The notes under the pieces are model-generated. The model saw nothing but the letters and a program-made list of their open reading frames with translations. It was not told where the DNA came from and did not search any database. A stretch of 64,000 bases of DNA from Gammaproteobacteria bacterium (lineage in GTDB: Bacteria; Pseudomonadota; Gammaproteobacteria; UBA4575): contig JBFGJY010000004.1 of NCBI GenBank assembly GCA_041576975.1, positions 7,361 to 71,360 of the forward strand, given 5' to 3'. The translations under genes and the position numbers were made by a program. Shown in pieces: positions 53,718-64,000 of the stretch (positions within the stretch are counted from its first letter, which is position 1; every line of letters begins with the position of its first letter).

Positions 53718-54032
53718 ATGCTGATAACATTTCAAACTGATTCATATGCCAACATTACAATGTTTGGTGATATTGCGCTAAAGCTTCTTAAATACATGGG
53801 ACATAGTGGTACAGTGCCTGGGGCCATAAAGGCTGAAGATATACCCATTGCATTGGACATGCTAAAACAGGCGGTAAGCGCTGAAATAAAATCTGCTGGC
53901 GATAAACCCGATGCTGAACTGGATGAAGATGAAGCAGAAATTTACGTAAGTATAGATAAAAGAGCCAAACCCTTAATTGAATTACTTGAAGCAGCAGCGG
54001 CTCAAAATGAGGATGTCATGTGGGACAAATAA
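53718..54032 (+). CDS. DUF1840-family protein (104 aa)
   Basis: The sequence starts MLITF…, which is characteristic of DUF1840 as I remember it. The centre is acidic and the C-terminus is conserved (…PLIELLEAAAAQNEDVMW). Confidence 0.55.
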   Translation: MLITFQTDSYANITMFGDIALKLLKYMGHSGTVPGAIKAEDIPIALDMLKQAVSAEIKSAGDKPDAELDEDEAEIYVSIDKRAKPLIELLEAAAAQNEDVMWDK

Positions 54033-54131
54033 ATTTACATCGCATGTTATTGGACTGAATTTTTTAAATACTATTCAGCACTGGTAGTGTTTAAATAAAT
54101 TTTTCAGGTTAATTTTATCGGACTCAAGTAA

Positions 54132-55052
54132 GTGGGTAAAAAAACTAAAATATCACTAGTACTGGGCAGTGGTGCCGCAAGAGGTCTGGCACATATTGGT
54201 GTTATACGCTGTTTAGAAGAACGTGATTTTGAGATTCAATATATCTCCGGGGCATCCATGGGGGCCTTGATAGGGGGTATTTATGCTGCGGGTGAGCTTG
54301 ATCTTTATTCCGACTGGGTAAGTGCATTAAAACGGAGAAACATTATTCGTTTACTTGGTGTTTCGTTTAGCAAAAAATCTATTTTTAAAGGTGGAAGGAT
54401 AATAGAAGTGCTAAAAGAGATGATAGGAGATCGCGATATTGAGAATTTGCCTATCGGATTTACTGCTGTTGCAACTGATGTAATTGAGCAGAAAGAGATT
54501 TGGCTTACACAAGGTTCATTGTTTGAAGCGATTCGAGCTTCATGCGCCGTGCCAATGATATTTTCACCAGTCAAGGTTTCGGGCCGACTGCTTATAGATG
54601 GTGGCATAATTAATCCAGTGCCGATAACACCCACATTAAATGTTAATACTGAGCTAACAATTGCAGTTGTGTTAAACGGCCCACCGGAAACATTTAAAAG
54701 TGACTCAAGAAAGGTACCGAATAGTAATAATGAAGATGAAGCTACTAATAAGTATCAATTGGGGATTGATAAGTTCATTGACGGATTGCTGCCAAAAGGT
54801 ATGCCTGAAAAAAATAAGGAAGATTTGGGTTTTTTTAACCTCATTACTCAGTCTATGGACACCATGCAATCATCAATCGCGCGATTTAAGCTTGCAGCTT
54901 ATCGTCCGGATATTGTAGTAGAAATTCCACGTAATATTTGCGGTTGGTTTGAATTTGACCGTGCAAAAGAGTTAATTGAGTTTGGGTATAAACGAGCTGA
55001 TTATACCTTAACAAGATATGATGAAACCTTAGCGCGAAGGCAGTCAAATTAA
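54132..55052 (+). CDS. Patatin-like phospholipase (RssA-like)
   Basis: The oxyanion-hole glycines (GSGAARG), the lipase serine (GASMG) and the catalytic Asp (LIDGG) are present. The start is GTG. Confidence 0.85.
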   Translation: MGKKTKISLVLGSGAARGLAHIGVIRCLEERDFEIQYISGASMGALIGGIYAAGELDLYSDWVSALKRRNIIRLLGVSFSKKSIFKGGRIIEVLKEMIGDRDIENLPIGFTAVATDVIEQKEIWLTQGSLFEAIRASCAVPMIFSPVKVSGRLLIDGGIINPVPITPTLNVNTELTIAVVLNGPPETFKSDSRKVPNSNNEDEATNKYQLGIDKFIDGLLPKGMPEKNKEDLGFFNLITQSMDTMQSSIARFKLAAYRPDIVVEIPRNICGWFEFDRAKELIEFGYKRADYTLTRYDETLARRQSN

Positions 55053-55296
55053 TAATTCCAGTCTTTGATGATGAATACTTAGTATTATGACACTATCAGG
55101 ATGGGAGCTGCAGGATGCTATCGTTGTCCAGTTGAGAACTGTAGGTATGTTAGATCTAGCAATATCAGCTATGAGATCGGTATTTAATACAATTCCAATC
55201 TGGAAACTGTTGCCCAGAAGTATGTACAATAGTGCAGTTAACCTGTAAAAATGCTGATATTTAAAATTTCTATAAAAAGTATGAGGAGTTTTTCAA

Positions 55297-55659
55297 ATGA
55301 GTGAAGCAAGTTTGTATGACCGTCTCGGTGGAGGCGACAAAATTAGGCAGATCGTAGCCGATATATGGGTAAACCATACCAGCAATCCTAAGATTAAAAA
55401 CCGTTATGTAAATAGTGACGGTGAACATGTCAAACAAGTCGTTTGGGAGTTTTTCTGCTCTGGAATTGGCGGACCTCAGGAATATACCGGTAAGGACATG
55501 CTCACCGCTCACACAGGCATGAATATTAATGATGAAGAGTTTAATGCAGTCACTGATGATGTGCTTGCTGCCTTAGATAAAAACAACGTAGGCCAAAAAG
55601 AAAGAGACGAAGTGCTCTGTATTTTATATTCTATGAAAGGTGATATTGTCCACGTCTGA
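55297..55659 (+). CDS. Truncated haemoglobin (2/2 globin, group I trHbN-like)
   Basis: The N-terminus is SLYDRLGG and the protein is 120 aa. …EFFCSGIGGPQEYTGKDMLTAHTGMNINDEEFNAV… matches trHb helices E-G. The RBS is GAGGAG. Confidence 0.75.
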   Translation: MSEASLYDRLGGGDKIRQIVADIWVNHTSNPKIKNRYVNSDGEHVKQVVWEFFCSGIGGPQEYTGKDMLTAHTGMNINDEEFNAVTDDVLAALDKNNVGQKERDEVLCILYSMKGDIVHV

Positions 55660-55688
55660 GCCCATATCACTTTCAATACGTTTAAATA

Positions 55689-55725
55689 AAAGCCTGGGCA
55701 CTTAGTTCGGGCTTTTTTTATGTAT
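55689..55725 (+). terminator. Intrinsic terminator after the globin gene
   Basis: The stem AAAAGCC…GGCTTTT is followed by a 7-nt T-tract. Confidence 0.55.
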
Positions 55726-55919
55726 CATTTGTCAGGTCAAATGAACCGCTAAGAAAAATGCTAAGCTATGCATCGCATTTATTTAGATTATCGCTTTCAA
55801 CTCAGTCTTTTAAGAAGATCTGACCACTGCGTTTGTGAATGCAGCCGCTGAGTTTTCATGTAATTTCACTGAATTTCCCTCATCGGTAAGTGTCTAAACA
55901 GCCATGACAGCGATGTGGG

Positions 55920-56019
55920 TTGATGAAGACTGTCTTTTTACCTATAATAATTCTTGTTTAGTCAAATGGTAAGTCATTGTTTGATCAATGATTTGAAGGG
56001 CCCCAAGTGGGCCTTTTTT
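55920..56019 (+). ncRNA. Candidate small RNA of about 65 nt. A near-consensus sigma-70 promoter (TTGATG-17-TATAAT, 55920..55948) leads to a GC-rich hairpin and T6 terminator (55993..56019).
   Basis: The -35 and -10 elements are spaced exactly 17 nt apart. The hairpin is AAGGGCCCC-AAGT-GGGCCTT followed by TTTTTT. No ORF of 20 codons or more lies between them. Confidence 0.45.
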
Positions 56020-56116
56020 ATTGCTTGCGCAAGCTTTGATCCCATTATTTGGGCAGTTGCCAAATAGATGAGGCCGCTTGTAAATTACAGAGTCATAGGG
56101 AAGTGAACTAGAGAAA

Positions 56117-56147
56117 AATGGGCCTGGGAGCCCATTTTTTTATTGTG
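56117..56147 (+). terminator. Second terminator-like hairpin (AAATGGGC-CTGGGA-GCCCATTT plus T7) ending 4-10 nt before the rimP start. It is a putative leader/attenuator or the 3' end of a second small RNA.
   Basis: An 8-bp perfect stem and a 6-nt loop are followed by TTTTTTTATT. Its structure resembles the hairpin at 55993. Confidence 0.5.
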
Positions 56148-56150
56148 CAA

Positions 56151-56627
56151 ATGATTTTATATAGAGATCCTTTTGGTATAGCACCAATAATTGAGCCGGT
56201 AATTGTTGGCATGGGCTATGACTTTTGGGGGCTCGAATGTCAATCCGGCGTAAGGGCCGCACAGGTGCGGGTATACATTGACCGGAATGACGGTGTGACA
56301 TTAGATGATTGTTCTCGAGTTAGTCAGCAATTAAGCGCTGTTTTAGATGTAGAAGATCCAATTCAAGTGCCGTATACCTTGGAAATCTCATCACCGGGAA
56401 TAAATCGGCCATTGTTTAGTGTCGATCAAATGAAAAGTGTTATTGGCAGTAGAGTGAAAATAAAGACCTTATGGCCAGTCGAAGAGCGTAGGAATATTAG
56501 TGGAATTTTAGAAAAAGTTGGAGATGAAAATATCAAGATAAAGGTTGACGGTGATAATTTTTTCACTGTACCAGTGAATGCTATTAAAAAAGCAAAATTA
56601 GATATAGATATTAAATTTAATGATTGA
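56151..56627 (+). CDS. rimP: Ribosome maturation factor RimP
   Basis: The core matches E. coli RimP: …RVYIDRNDGVTLDDCSRVSQQLSAVLDVEDPIQVPYTLEISSPGINRPLF…. The start is ambiguous: 56118 (an ATG inside the hairpin), 56145 (GTG) or 56151 (ATG). None has a clear SD. Confidence 0.85.
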   Translation: MILYRDPFGIAPIIEPVIVGMGYDFWGLECQSGVRAAQVRVYIDRNDGVTLDDCSRVSQQLSAVLDVEDPIQVPYTLEISSPGINRPLFSVDQMKSVIGSRVKIKTLWPVEERRNISGILEKVGDENIKIKVDGDNFFTVPVNAIKKAKLDIDIKFND

Positions 56628-56645
56628 TTTTTGAGTTATTTAAGT

Positions 56646-58151
56646 ATGAACAAAGAAATTTTGTTAGTCGTTGATGCAGTTTCAAACGAGAAAGGCGTGG
56701 AAAAAGAAATTATCTTTGAGGCCATCGAGGCAGCTCTAGCTACTGCAACACGTAAAAAGCATGGTCTAGAAATGGATGCGCGGGTTGAAATCGATCGTGA
56801 GTCTGGTGATTACGAATCTTATCGGCGTTGGTTGGTTATGGATGATGAAGATCCAGAATTTGAATCTCCAGAAAGACAGATATTGTATAGCTATGCGATC
56901 AAAGACCATCCCAACATTCAAGTAGGAGAATATATCGAAGAACCTATTGAATCTGTAGCTTTTGGTCGTATTTCCGCACACACTGCAAAACAAGTAATTG
57001 TTCAAAAAGTGCGAGAAGCAGAAAGGTCGCAAGTTGTGGAAGCGTTTAAAGATCGAGTCGGTGAGCTCGTGATGGGAGTAGTCAAACGCAGCGATCACTC
57101 TGGCACCTACATTGATTTGGGTGGAAATGCTGAGGGCTTTATCCCGCGTGAACACATGATCCCACGGGAGGCGATGCGACCTGGCGATCGAGTTCGAGCA
57201 TTTTTGCAAGAAGTTCGTGAGGAGGCTCGTGGCCCGCAATTGTTTTTAACACGAACCGCGCCAGAATTTCTAATTGAATTGTTTAAGCTTGAGGTTCCCG
57301 AAGTCGGCCAGGGACTTATAGAAGTGCTATCAGCAGCGCGTGATCCAGGGCTTCGTGCGAAAATTGCAGTGAAATCTAATGACCCTAGATTGGACCCCGT
57401 TGGTGCTTGTGTAGGAATGCGTGGTTCTCGTGTGCAATCAGTATCGAATGAGCTTGCAGGTGAACGCATCGATATTATCCTTGCGGACGAAAATCCAGCC
57501 CAGTTTGTGATCAATGCGATGTCGCCTGCTGCTGTTACTTCTATTGTAATGGATGAAGATAAAAAGAGCATGGACATTGCTGTCGATGAGGAAAAGCTTT
57601 CTCAAGCAATTGGTAGAGGAGGACAAAATGTTAAATTGGCCAGTCAACTTACTGGCTGGGAGTTAAATGTAATGACGGAGGGGCAGGCAGAAGAGAAGAG
57701 TGAAACAGAAACCCGTCAAATAATAGAGATGTTTATGTCACAACTTGATGTGGATGAAGAAGTAGCAGTCATTTTGGCACAAGAAGGCTTTTCCAGCGTT
57801 GAAGAAATCGCTTATGTACCTCCAAAAGAATTAGTTGAAGTTGAAGAATTTGATGAAGAAATTGTCGAAGAATTACGCACACGAGCACGTGATGTTTTGC
57901 TGACCTCAGCGATTGCAATGGAGGAAAAATTTGCCGATGTAGAACCTTCAGCGGACTTATTGAATATGGAAGGTATGGATAAAGAACTAGCCTTTGAACT
58001 TGCTTGTAGAGGAATCTCGACCATGGAAGATTTGGCAGAGCAAGCAGTAGATGATCTGTTAGATATACAAGGCCTTGATGCTGATCGCGCAGGGGCTTTG
58101 ATAATGCTTGCGCGTGCACCATGGTTTGAAAACGAAGGTGCTACAAGCTAA
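56646..58151 (+). CDS. nusA: Transcription termination/antitermination factor NusA
   Basis: The N-terminus is [19 protein letters not shown]1 and KH domains and C-terminal acidic repeats follow. ORF 56631 starts at a TTG 5 codons upstream. Confidence 0.95.
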   Translation: MNKEILLVVDAVSNEKGVEKEIIFEAIEAALATATRKKHGLEMDARVEIDRESGDYESYRRWLVMDDEDPEFESPERQILYSYAIKDHPNIQVGEYIEEPIESVAFGRISAHTAKQVIVQKVREAERSQVVEAFKDRVGELVMGVVKRSDHSGTYIDLGGNAEGFIPREHMIPREAMRPGDRVRAFLQEVREEARGPQLFLTRTAPEFLIELFKLEVPEVGQGLIEVLSAARDPGLRAKIAVKSNDPRLDPVGACVGMRGSRVQSVSNELAGERIDIILADENPAQFVINAMSPAAVTSIVMDEDKKSMDIAVDEEKLSQAIGRGGQNVKLASQLTGWELNVMTEGQAEEKSETETRQIIEMFMSQLDVDEEVAVILAQEGFSSVEEIAYVPPKELVEVEEFDEEIVEELRTRARDVLLTSAIAMEEKFADVEPSADLLNMEGMDKELAFELACRGISTMEDLAEQAVDDLLDIQGLDADRAGALIMLARAPWFENEGATS

Positions 58152-58189
58152 CAGATCAATTGATAAATTTTTAAGATAATTAATTAACA

Positions 58190-60691
58190 ATGTCTGAAGT
58201 AACCGTTAAACAGCTAGCAGAAGTAGTGAATACTCCTATTGAGAAACTGCTTGAACAGTTTTCTGAAGCCGGTTTGGACTTTAATGCACCAGATCAAATT
58301 GTTAGTGACGAGCAAAAAATGCAATTACTCGATCATTTGCGTAATAACCGCAGCAAGGCTGCTTCACTTCCATCTGACGATGGCAGAAAAATAACTCTAC
58401 GCAGAAAGAGCACATCTCAACTAAAAGTTAGTGGAGCGCAAGGACGTGGTAGCGCTACTAGCGCTACTGTAAACGTGGAAGTACGACGCAAACGAACTTA
58501 TGTAAAGCGCAGCGTTGTTTTAGAAGAAGAGGCAAAAGCAGAACAAGAACGATTAGAAAAAGAAGCAGTTAGAGAAAAAGAAGTCGCTGCACAATTGGAG
58601 AAAGCTGCTCAAGAAGCTGAGGCAAAAGCCAAATTAGAAGAACAAGAAAAACAAGAGGCAGCTCAAAAAAGTGTGGTGACGATAGTGGAGGACGTGACGC
58701 AAGTTGTGTCCAAACCAGAAGAAGAACACGCTATAGAAACACCAGCAACCACAGTAAAAACAGAGAGACCAGAACCTGCTCAACCTGAAAGAGTTGAGAG
58801 TGACACCAAGATCAAGCGACGAGAACTCCATGTCGCAAGTGATAAGCGCGGCAAACGTAAAGCTAAGCCTAAACATCGCCGACCTGGAAAAGTAGCCCCC
58901 AGTGATAAACATAAGTTTGAAAAACCAACTGAACCTATCAAGCGGGAAATATTAGTTCCAGAAAACATTTCGGTTTCTGACCTTGCACAAAAAATGGCGA
59001 TCAAGGCAGCAGAAGTGATTGCCGTTATGATGAAATTGGGCGTGATGGCCACGATAAATCAGGTCATAGATCAAGATACTGCGATTCTCGTTGTTGAAGA
59101 GCTGGGCCACGATGCAAAGCCCATGCAAGCAGCAGATATTGAGGCTGATGTACTACAAGTCGAATATGATACCTCTGAAGCACACACACGTAACCCTGTG
59201 GTTACAGTTATGGGGCATGTTGATCATGGTAAAACATCTCTGCTCGACTATATTCGTCGCACCAAGGTTGCGTCTGGCGAAGCTGGTGGAATCACTCAAC
59301 ATATCGGAGCGTATAGTGTGAAAACTGGTAAGGGTACGATCACTTTTTTGGATACACCTGGCCACGCTGCATTTACAGCCATGCGTGCAAGAGGAGCTGA
59401 AGTGACTGATATCGTTGTATTGGTTGTTGCAGCCGATGATGGTGTGATGCCGCAAACGAAAGAGGGCATTGAGCATTCGCGAGCGGCTAATGTACCAATG
59501 ATTATAGCAGTCAATAAGATAGATAAAGAAGATTCAGATCCAGAGCGCGTACGTAATGAGCTAGCCGCACATAATGTAATTCCGGAAGAGTGGGGTGGTG
59601 ATAATATTTTCGTTAATGTCTCAGCTAAAACTGGAAAAGGCATAGATGATTTACTTGAAGCAATTTCTTTGCAAGCCGAGATATTAGAATTAAAAGCCGT
59701 TAATTATGGTCCAGCAACTGGTGTAGTGATTGAATCCTCGTTAGATAAGGGCCGTGGTCCGGTCGCTACAGTGCTAGTTCAACAGGGTAAGTTATCAAAA
59801 GGAGATATGCTTTTAACCGGAGAAGAGTTCGGACGCGTACGCGCGATGTTTGATGAGCATGGTAAAGAGATTGATACTGCTGGACCTTCGACTCCAGTAG
59901 TCGTACTTGGCCTATCAGGAGCATCAAATGCAGGGGATGAGGCCATTGTGGTAACAGATGAACGCAAGGTACGTGAAATAGTTGATCTACGTAAAAGTAA
60001 ATCCAGAGATACGAAATTTGCAGCGCAACAAGCTGCAAAATTGGAAAATGTATTTAATCAATTGGGTGAAGGTGAAGCGGCCTCGATAAATGTTTTAATC
60101 AAGGCGGATGTGCAAGGTAGTGCAGAGGCCCTACGAGATTCGTTAGAAAACCTGTCTACCGACGAAGTCAAAGTTAAGATTGTAATGGCAAGCGTCGGTG
60201 GTATAAATGAGTCGGACATCAATCTAGCAGAGGCTTCCAATGCAATTGTGATTGGTTTCAATGTTCGCGCGGATAATGCTGCCAAACGCGCTGCAGTGGA
60301 TTTGGGTATTGATATTCGCTATTACAGTATCATTTACGAAACAATCGATGATGTGAAGAAGGCAATGAGTGGATTGCTTTCTCCAGAATTACGCGAAGAG
60401 ATAATTGGTCTTGCAGAAGTAAAAGATGTATTTAGATCTTCTAGAATGGGTGCTGTCGCAGGTACACAAGTAATTGAAGGTGTTATAAAGCGTGGTAATC
60501 CTATACGTGTACTGCGTGATAATGTCGTAATTTATGAGGGTGAGCTTGAGTCATTGCGTCGTCATAAGGATGATGTAAATGAGGTACGTGCGGGTACCGA
60601 GTGTGGGATTGCAGTCAAAAATTACAATGACGTTAAGGCCGGTGATCAAATTGAAGTGTATGAGCGAACCGAAGTCGCTCGTACTCTATAA
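58190..60691 (+). CDS. infB: Translation initiation factor IF-2
   Basis: The G-domain motifs are [17 protein letters not shown] and NKID. The N-terminal region is K/E-rich. Confidence 0.97.
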   Translation: MSEVTVKQLAEVVNTPIEKLLEQFSEAGLDFNAPDQIVSDEQKMQLLDHLRNNRSKAASLPSDDGRKITLRRKSTSQLKVSGAQGRGSATSATVNVEVRRKRTYVKRSVVLEEEAKAEQERLEKEAVREKEVAAQLEKAAQEAEAKAKLEEQEKQEAAQKSVVTIVEDVTQVVSKPEEEHAIETPATTVKTERPEPAQPERVESDTKIKRRELHVASDKRGKRKAKPKHRRPGKVAPSDKHKFEKPTEPIKREILVPENISVSDLAQKMAIKAAEVIAVMMKLGVMATINQVIDQDTAILVVEELGHDAKPMQAADIEADVLQVEYDTSEAHTRNPVVTVMGHVDHGKTSLLDYIRRTKVASGEAGGITQHIGAYSVKTGKGTITFLDTPGHAAFTAMRARGAEVTDIVVLVVAADDGVMPQTKEGIEHSRAANVPMIIAVNKIDKEDSDPERVRNELAAHNVIPEEWGGDNIFVNVSAKTGKGIDDLLEAISLQAEILELKAVNYGPATGVVIESSLDKGRGPVATVLVQQGKLSKGDMLLTGEEFGRVRAMFDEHGKEIDTAGPSTPVVVLGLSGASNAGDEAIVVTDERKVREIVDLRKSKSRDTKFAAQQAAKLENVFNQLGEGEAASINVLIKADVQGSAEALRDSLENLSTDEVKVKIVMASVGGINESDINLAEASNAIVIGFNVRADNAAKRAAVDLGIDIRYYSIIYETIDDVKKAMSGLLSPELREEIIGLAEVKDVFRSSRMGAVAGTQVIEGVIKRGNPIRVLRDNVVIYEGELESLRRHKDDVNEVRAGTECGIAVKNYNDVKAGDQIEVYERTEVARTL

Positions 60692-60719
60692 TAACTCTTG
60701 AAATAGAGTAATACTCAAA

Positions 60720-61070
60720 GTGCAACAAGAATCTTCTAGACCGTTACGAGTCGGAGAGCAACTTCGACGCGAACTTTCAACTTTATTGCGCAACGAAGTA
60801 AAAGATCCACGTATTTCAGAAATCATAATTTATGATGTTGTAGTAACAAAAGACTTAAGTTTGGCAAGAGTATATTTTAGTCCATTGGATATTCAGCAAG
60901 ATGCGACTGAATGTCTTATTGGTCTCGATAGGGCTACTGGTTTTTTGCGCACACTGCTCAGTCGTAAATTAAATTTACGCAGAATGCCAGAACTACGATT
61001 TATTGTTGATGATACCGAGGCAAAAAGCGAAAGAATAGAGCAACTGATCCAAAAGAGTTTCAACAAATAA
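60720..61070 (+). CDS. rbfA: Ribosome-binding factor A
   Basis: The start is GTG. …RVGEQLRRELSTLLRNEVKDPR… and …LRRMPELRFIVDD match RbfA. Confidence 0.92.
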   Translation: MQQESSRPLRVGEQLRRELSTLLRNEVKDPRISEIIIYDVVVTKDLSLARVYFSPLDIQQDATECLIGLDRATGFLRTLLSRKLNLRRMPELRFIVDDTEAKSERIEQLIQKSFNK

Positions 61071-61073
61071 TCA

Positions 61074-61982
61074 ATGTCAAACAGGCGGCGCAAAGGGCGT
61101 GTTCTAAATGGCTTGTTGTTGTTAGATAAACCAGCAGGCATTACTTCAAACTTGGCATTGCAGAAAGTAAAAAAATTATTAAATGCCACAAAAGCGGGTC
61201 ATACTGGAAGTTTAGATCCTCTTGCAACTGGGATGTTAATAATTTGCTTTGGACAAGCAACTAAAATTTCAAATTATTTACTTACTGCAGACAAACATTA
61301 CGATGTAACACTCATGCTTGGTGTTACAACAGACACAGGTGATGCAGATGGTAGAGTGCTAAAACGGCAAGATGCGTCATCGATAGCTGCGGATGATATA
61401 AATAAAAACATAAAATTCTTTACTGGATATATCGAACAGGTTCCACCGATGTTTTCCGCTATAAAATATCATGGAATTAGGTTGCATAAATTGGCACGGC
61501 AAGGAATAGAAGTTGAACGACAATCGAGGAAAGTCCAAATCTATAATTTTGAATTAATTCATCGAGAGAAAAATTTATTATATATGCATGTACATTGCTC
61601 AAAAGGTACCTATATAAGAGCCCTGGTTGAAGATTTAGGTAGGCGGCTAGCCTGTGGTGCGCATATTGTTGAACTTAGGCGCACAAGTATTGGGCCATTT
61701 GTTAATTCACAATTAGTAACCCTGTCAGAAATAGAGAGCTTTGTGCAGCAAGATCCATGCGTGTCAGATAAGGTACTAATTCCGGTTGATGTCGCCCTAC
61801 AAGCTCTCCCTGCATTATCAGTGGGACAAGAGCTTATGCGGAAAATGTGCAATGGTCATCCCGTATGGATAGCAAAATCACCGACAAGTGGACAGGTAAG
61901 AATTTATGATACAGATGACCAATTTTTTGGTGTAGGTACTGTACTCGACGATGGACGTATAGCCCCAAAATGCCTACGTTGA
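61074..61982 (+). CDS. truB: tRNA pseudouridine(55) synthase TruB
   Basis: The motif GLLLLDKPAGITS and the catalytic Asp (GHTGSLDPLATG) are present, with a C-terminal PUA domain. Confidence 0.95.
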   Translation: MSNRRRKGRVLNGLLLLDKPAGITSNLALQKVKKLLNATKAGHTGSLDPLATGMLIICFGQATKISNYLLTADKHYDVTLMLGVTTDTGDADGRVLKRQDASSIAADDINKNIKFFTGYIEQVPPMFSAIKYHGIRLHKLARQGIEVERQSRKVQIYNFELIHREKNLLYMHVHCSKGTYIRALVEDLGRRLACGAHIVELRRTSIGPFVNSQLVTLSEIESFVQQDPCVSDKVLIPVDVALQALPALSVGQELMRKMCNGHPVWIAKSPTSGQVRIYDTDDQFFGVGTVLDDGRIAPKCLR

Positions 61983-62131
61983 AATTGTTACAACACAGAG
62001 TTAGCCTTGAAGATGTAAAATTGGAAGTACCTCAGGAATTGTTCTTGTTCGTTTTGGGCTACGTGGTAGAATCGCGCACTCGAAAATATAGGTAATGGTA
62101 GAAAGTTGTAGTAAAAAGGCAAGTTATAAAG

Positions 62132-62401
62132 ATGGCAATTACAGCAGAAGAGAAAGCAAATATTATTCAAAAGTACCGACGTAACGATTCTGATACTGGT
62201 TCACCTGAAGTACAAGTGGCACTTTTATCTTCACGGATATCACATTTGAGTGGGCACTTCGAATCACATAAGAAAGATCATCACTCGCGTCATGGCTTAC
62301 TTAAGATGGTCAATCATCGCCGCAAACTTCTTGATTACTTACGCTCAAAAGACCAAAAAAGATATCAAGAGCTTATTAGTTCTCTTGGTTTAAGACGCTA
62401 A
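62132..62401 (+). CDS. rpsO: 30S ribosomal protein S15
   Basis: 89 aa. The sequence …[49 protein letters not shown]… matches S15. Confidence 0.96.
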   Translation: MAITAEEKANIIQKYRRNDSDTGSPEVQVALLSSRISHLSGHFESHKKDHHSRHGLLKMVNHRRKLLDYLRSKDQKRYQELISSLGLRR

Positions 62402-62402
62402 T

Positions 62403-62430
62403 CAAATTTTCTCTCGTTATTAGAGAGATT
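62403..62430 (+). other. Hairpin in the rpsO-pnp intergenic region (TTCTCTC-GTTATTA-GAGAGAT)
   Basis: A 6-7-bp stem lies directly after the rpsO stop. It may be a terminator or RNase III processing hairpin like the one in the E. coli rpsO-pnp leader. Confidence 0.4.
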
Positions 62431-62554
62431 CAATAGTGTTGGTAAGTAATTGGATGAAATATAAATGCACGGTACACATCTAGATTTATTGGGCACATCA
62501 GGACTGCCTGATTAGGTGGAATTTAAATTAGATAAGTAAAAGTGGAATCAATCA

Positions 62555-64000
62555 GTGAGTAAAGTAACAAAATCTTTTTTATTTGGAGAACATCAAGTCA
62601 CATTAGAAACCGGAGAAATCGCGCGTCAAGCCGATGGCGCAGTTCTGGTTGATATGGGGGGTACTGCTGTTTTAGTAACAGCAGTTGGACGAAAAGAGCC
62701 TGAGCCAGGCCGGGACTTTTTTCCACTAACTGTTAATTATCAAGAAAAGACTTACGCCGCCGGTAAAATCCCTGGTGGCTTTTTTAAACGAGAAGGTCGA
62801 CCATCTGAAAAAGAAACTCTAACGTCTCGTCTTATTGATCGTCCTATACGCCCTATGTTTCCTAAGGATTTCACTAATGAAGTCCAAATTATAGCCACAG
62901 TAGTTTCGATGAATGCGGATATAGATCCTGATATTCCAGCAATGATTGGTGCATCTGCGGCTCTAGCGGTATCAGGTATACCTTTTAATGGGCCAATGGG
63001 TGCTGCTCGTGTTGGGTATATCGACGGCAACAATGTATTGAATCCAACTAATTCCCAGTTGAAAAAGTCCAGCCTGGATCTAATTGTTGCGGGTACACAT
63101 GGTGCAGTTTTAATGGTGGAGTCGGAGGCGAATATTCTCTCTGAGAAGGTCATGCTTGGTGCAGTAATGTTTGGACATGAACAACTGCAATCTGCAATCA
63201 ATGCGATTAAAGAATTTGCTCAAGAAGTGAACAATCCTCCATGGGATTGGCAAGCCACTGAAGCCGACGAATCTTTGGCCGAAAAGGTGAATTCAATTTG
63301 TAGCCAACAATTAGGGCAAGCCTATCAAATCGCCGAAAAACTTGCTCGTCAAGATAAAGTCAGTGAAATCCGCAATGGCTTGATTGAATCACTTGTGAAT
63401 GAAGCAGAAGGGCCAAGCGAAGCCGATGTAGTTGGAGCCTTTAATAAGCTTGAGAAGAAAATTGTCCGTGGACGTATTTTATCCGGTGAGAAACGCATTG
63501 ATGGGCGCGATAAAAACATGGTGCGACCAATTACCATACGCACAGGCTTGTTACCACGTACACACGGAAGCGCTTTATTTACACGAGGTGAGACACAAGC
63601 ACTTGTTGTAACCACATTGGGGACTGGCCGAGATGCACAGATCATCGATGCAATCGAAGGTGAATTTAAAGAAAACTTCATGTTGCACTATAATTTTCCG
63701 CCATTTTGTGTTGGAGAAACAGGCTTTGTAGGCTCACCCAAGCGACGGGAGATTGGGCATGGAAAACTTGCTAAGCGTGGTATTCGGGCAGTGGTTCCTA
63801 GTGAAGAAGAATTTCCATATGTATTACGTGTGGTCTCCGAAATTACAGAGTCCAATGGCTCCAGTTCTATGGCAAGTGTTTGTGGAACCAGCTTGTCATT
63901 GATGGATGCTGGGGTACCCATTAAAGCACCGGTTGCAGGGATAGCTATGGGTCTTATTAAAGAAGGCAATGAATTTGCCATACTCACCGATATTCTTGGC
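62555..64000 (+). CDS. pnp: Polynucleotide phosphorylase (N-terminal 482 codons; runs off the window end)
   Basis: The start is GTG. …[20 protein letters not shown]…[34 protein letters not shown]…LIDRPIRP matches PNPase RNase-PH domain 1. The frame is open to position 64000. Confidence 0.93.
   Translation, partial: MSKVTKSFLFGEHQVTLETGEIARQADGAVLVDMGGTAVLVTAVGRKEPEPGRDFFPLTVNYQEKTYAAGKIPGGFFKREGRPSEKETLTSRLIDRPIRPMFPKDFTNEVQIIATVVSMNADIDPDIPAMIGASAALAVSGIPFNGPMGAARVGYIDGNNVLNPTNSQLKKSSLDLIVAGTHGAVLMVESEANILSEKVMLGAVMFGHEQLQSAINAIKEFAQEVNNPPWDWQATEADESLAEKVNSICSQQLGQAYQIAEKLARQDKVSEIRNGLIESLVNEAEGPSEADVVGAFNKLEKKIVRGRILSGEKRIDGRDKNMVRPITIRTGLLPRTHGSALFTRGETQALVVTTLGTGRDAQIIDAIEGEFKENFMLHYNFPPFCVGETGFVGSPKRREIGHGKLAKRGIRAVVPSEEEFPYVLRVVSEITESNGSSSMASVCGTSLSLMDAGVPIKAPVAGIAMGLIKEGNEFAILTDILG

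Overview
The window is a 64 kb core-chromosome segment of a low-GC (~38-40%) gammaproteobacterium. Gene order closely follows the E. coli blocks yejBEF / mltD-yafS-rnhA-dnaQ / smpB-ratAB-bamE-recN-nadK-grpE / dapB-carAB / greA-rlmE-ftsH-glmM / secG-tRNA-Leu / nuoA-N / rimP-nusA-infB-rbfA-truB-rpsO-pnp. It also carries an hrcA-grpE-dnaK-dnaJ operon with a CIRCE operator and a sigma-32-type promoter. The nuo operon is complete, with nuoC and nuoD as separate genes. Several lineage-specific insertions break the synteny: (1) an FHA / PP2C phosphatase / membrane-anchored Hanks Ser/Thr kinase operon between yejF and mltD; (2) a sodium:neurotransmitter-type symporter and two small secreted or lipoproteins in the smpB-recN block; (3) a 2.7 kb insertion in the dapB-carA junction carrying an Mrr-like PD-(D/E)xK nuclease, a half-size TauE/SafE membrane protein, a TusE/DsrC-like protein with no C-terminal cysteine, about 1.1 kb of apparently non-coding DNA, and a terminator-like hairpin abutting the carA start; (4) a roughly 440 bp degenerate higher-order tandem repeat array between tRNA-Leu(GAG) and nuoA; (5) an initiator tRNA-fMet followed by a degenerate tandem copy that keeps an exact 27-nt 3' end, then a DUF1840 protein, a patatin-like phospholipase and a truncated haemoglobin; (6) one well-formed and one weaker promoter-to-terminator unit upstream of rimP that look like candidate small RNAs or leaders. 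All calls rest on reading the sequence and on remembered protein family signatures; no database search was run.
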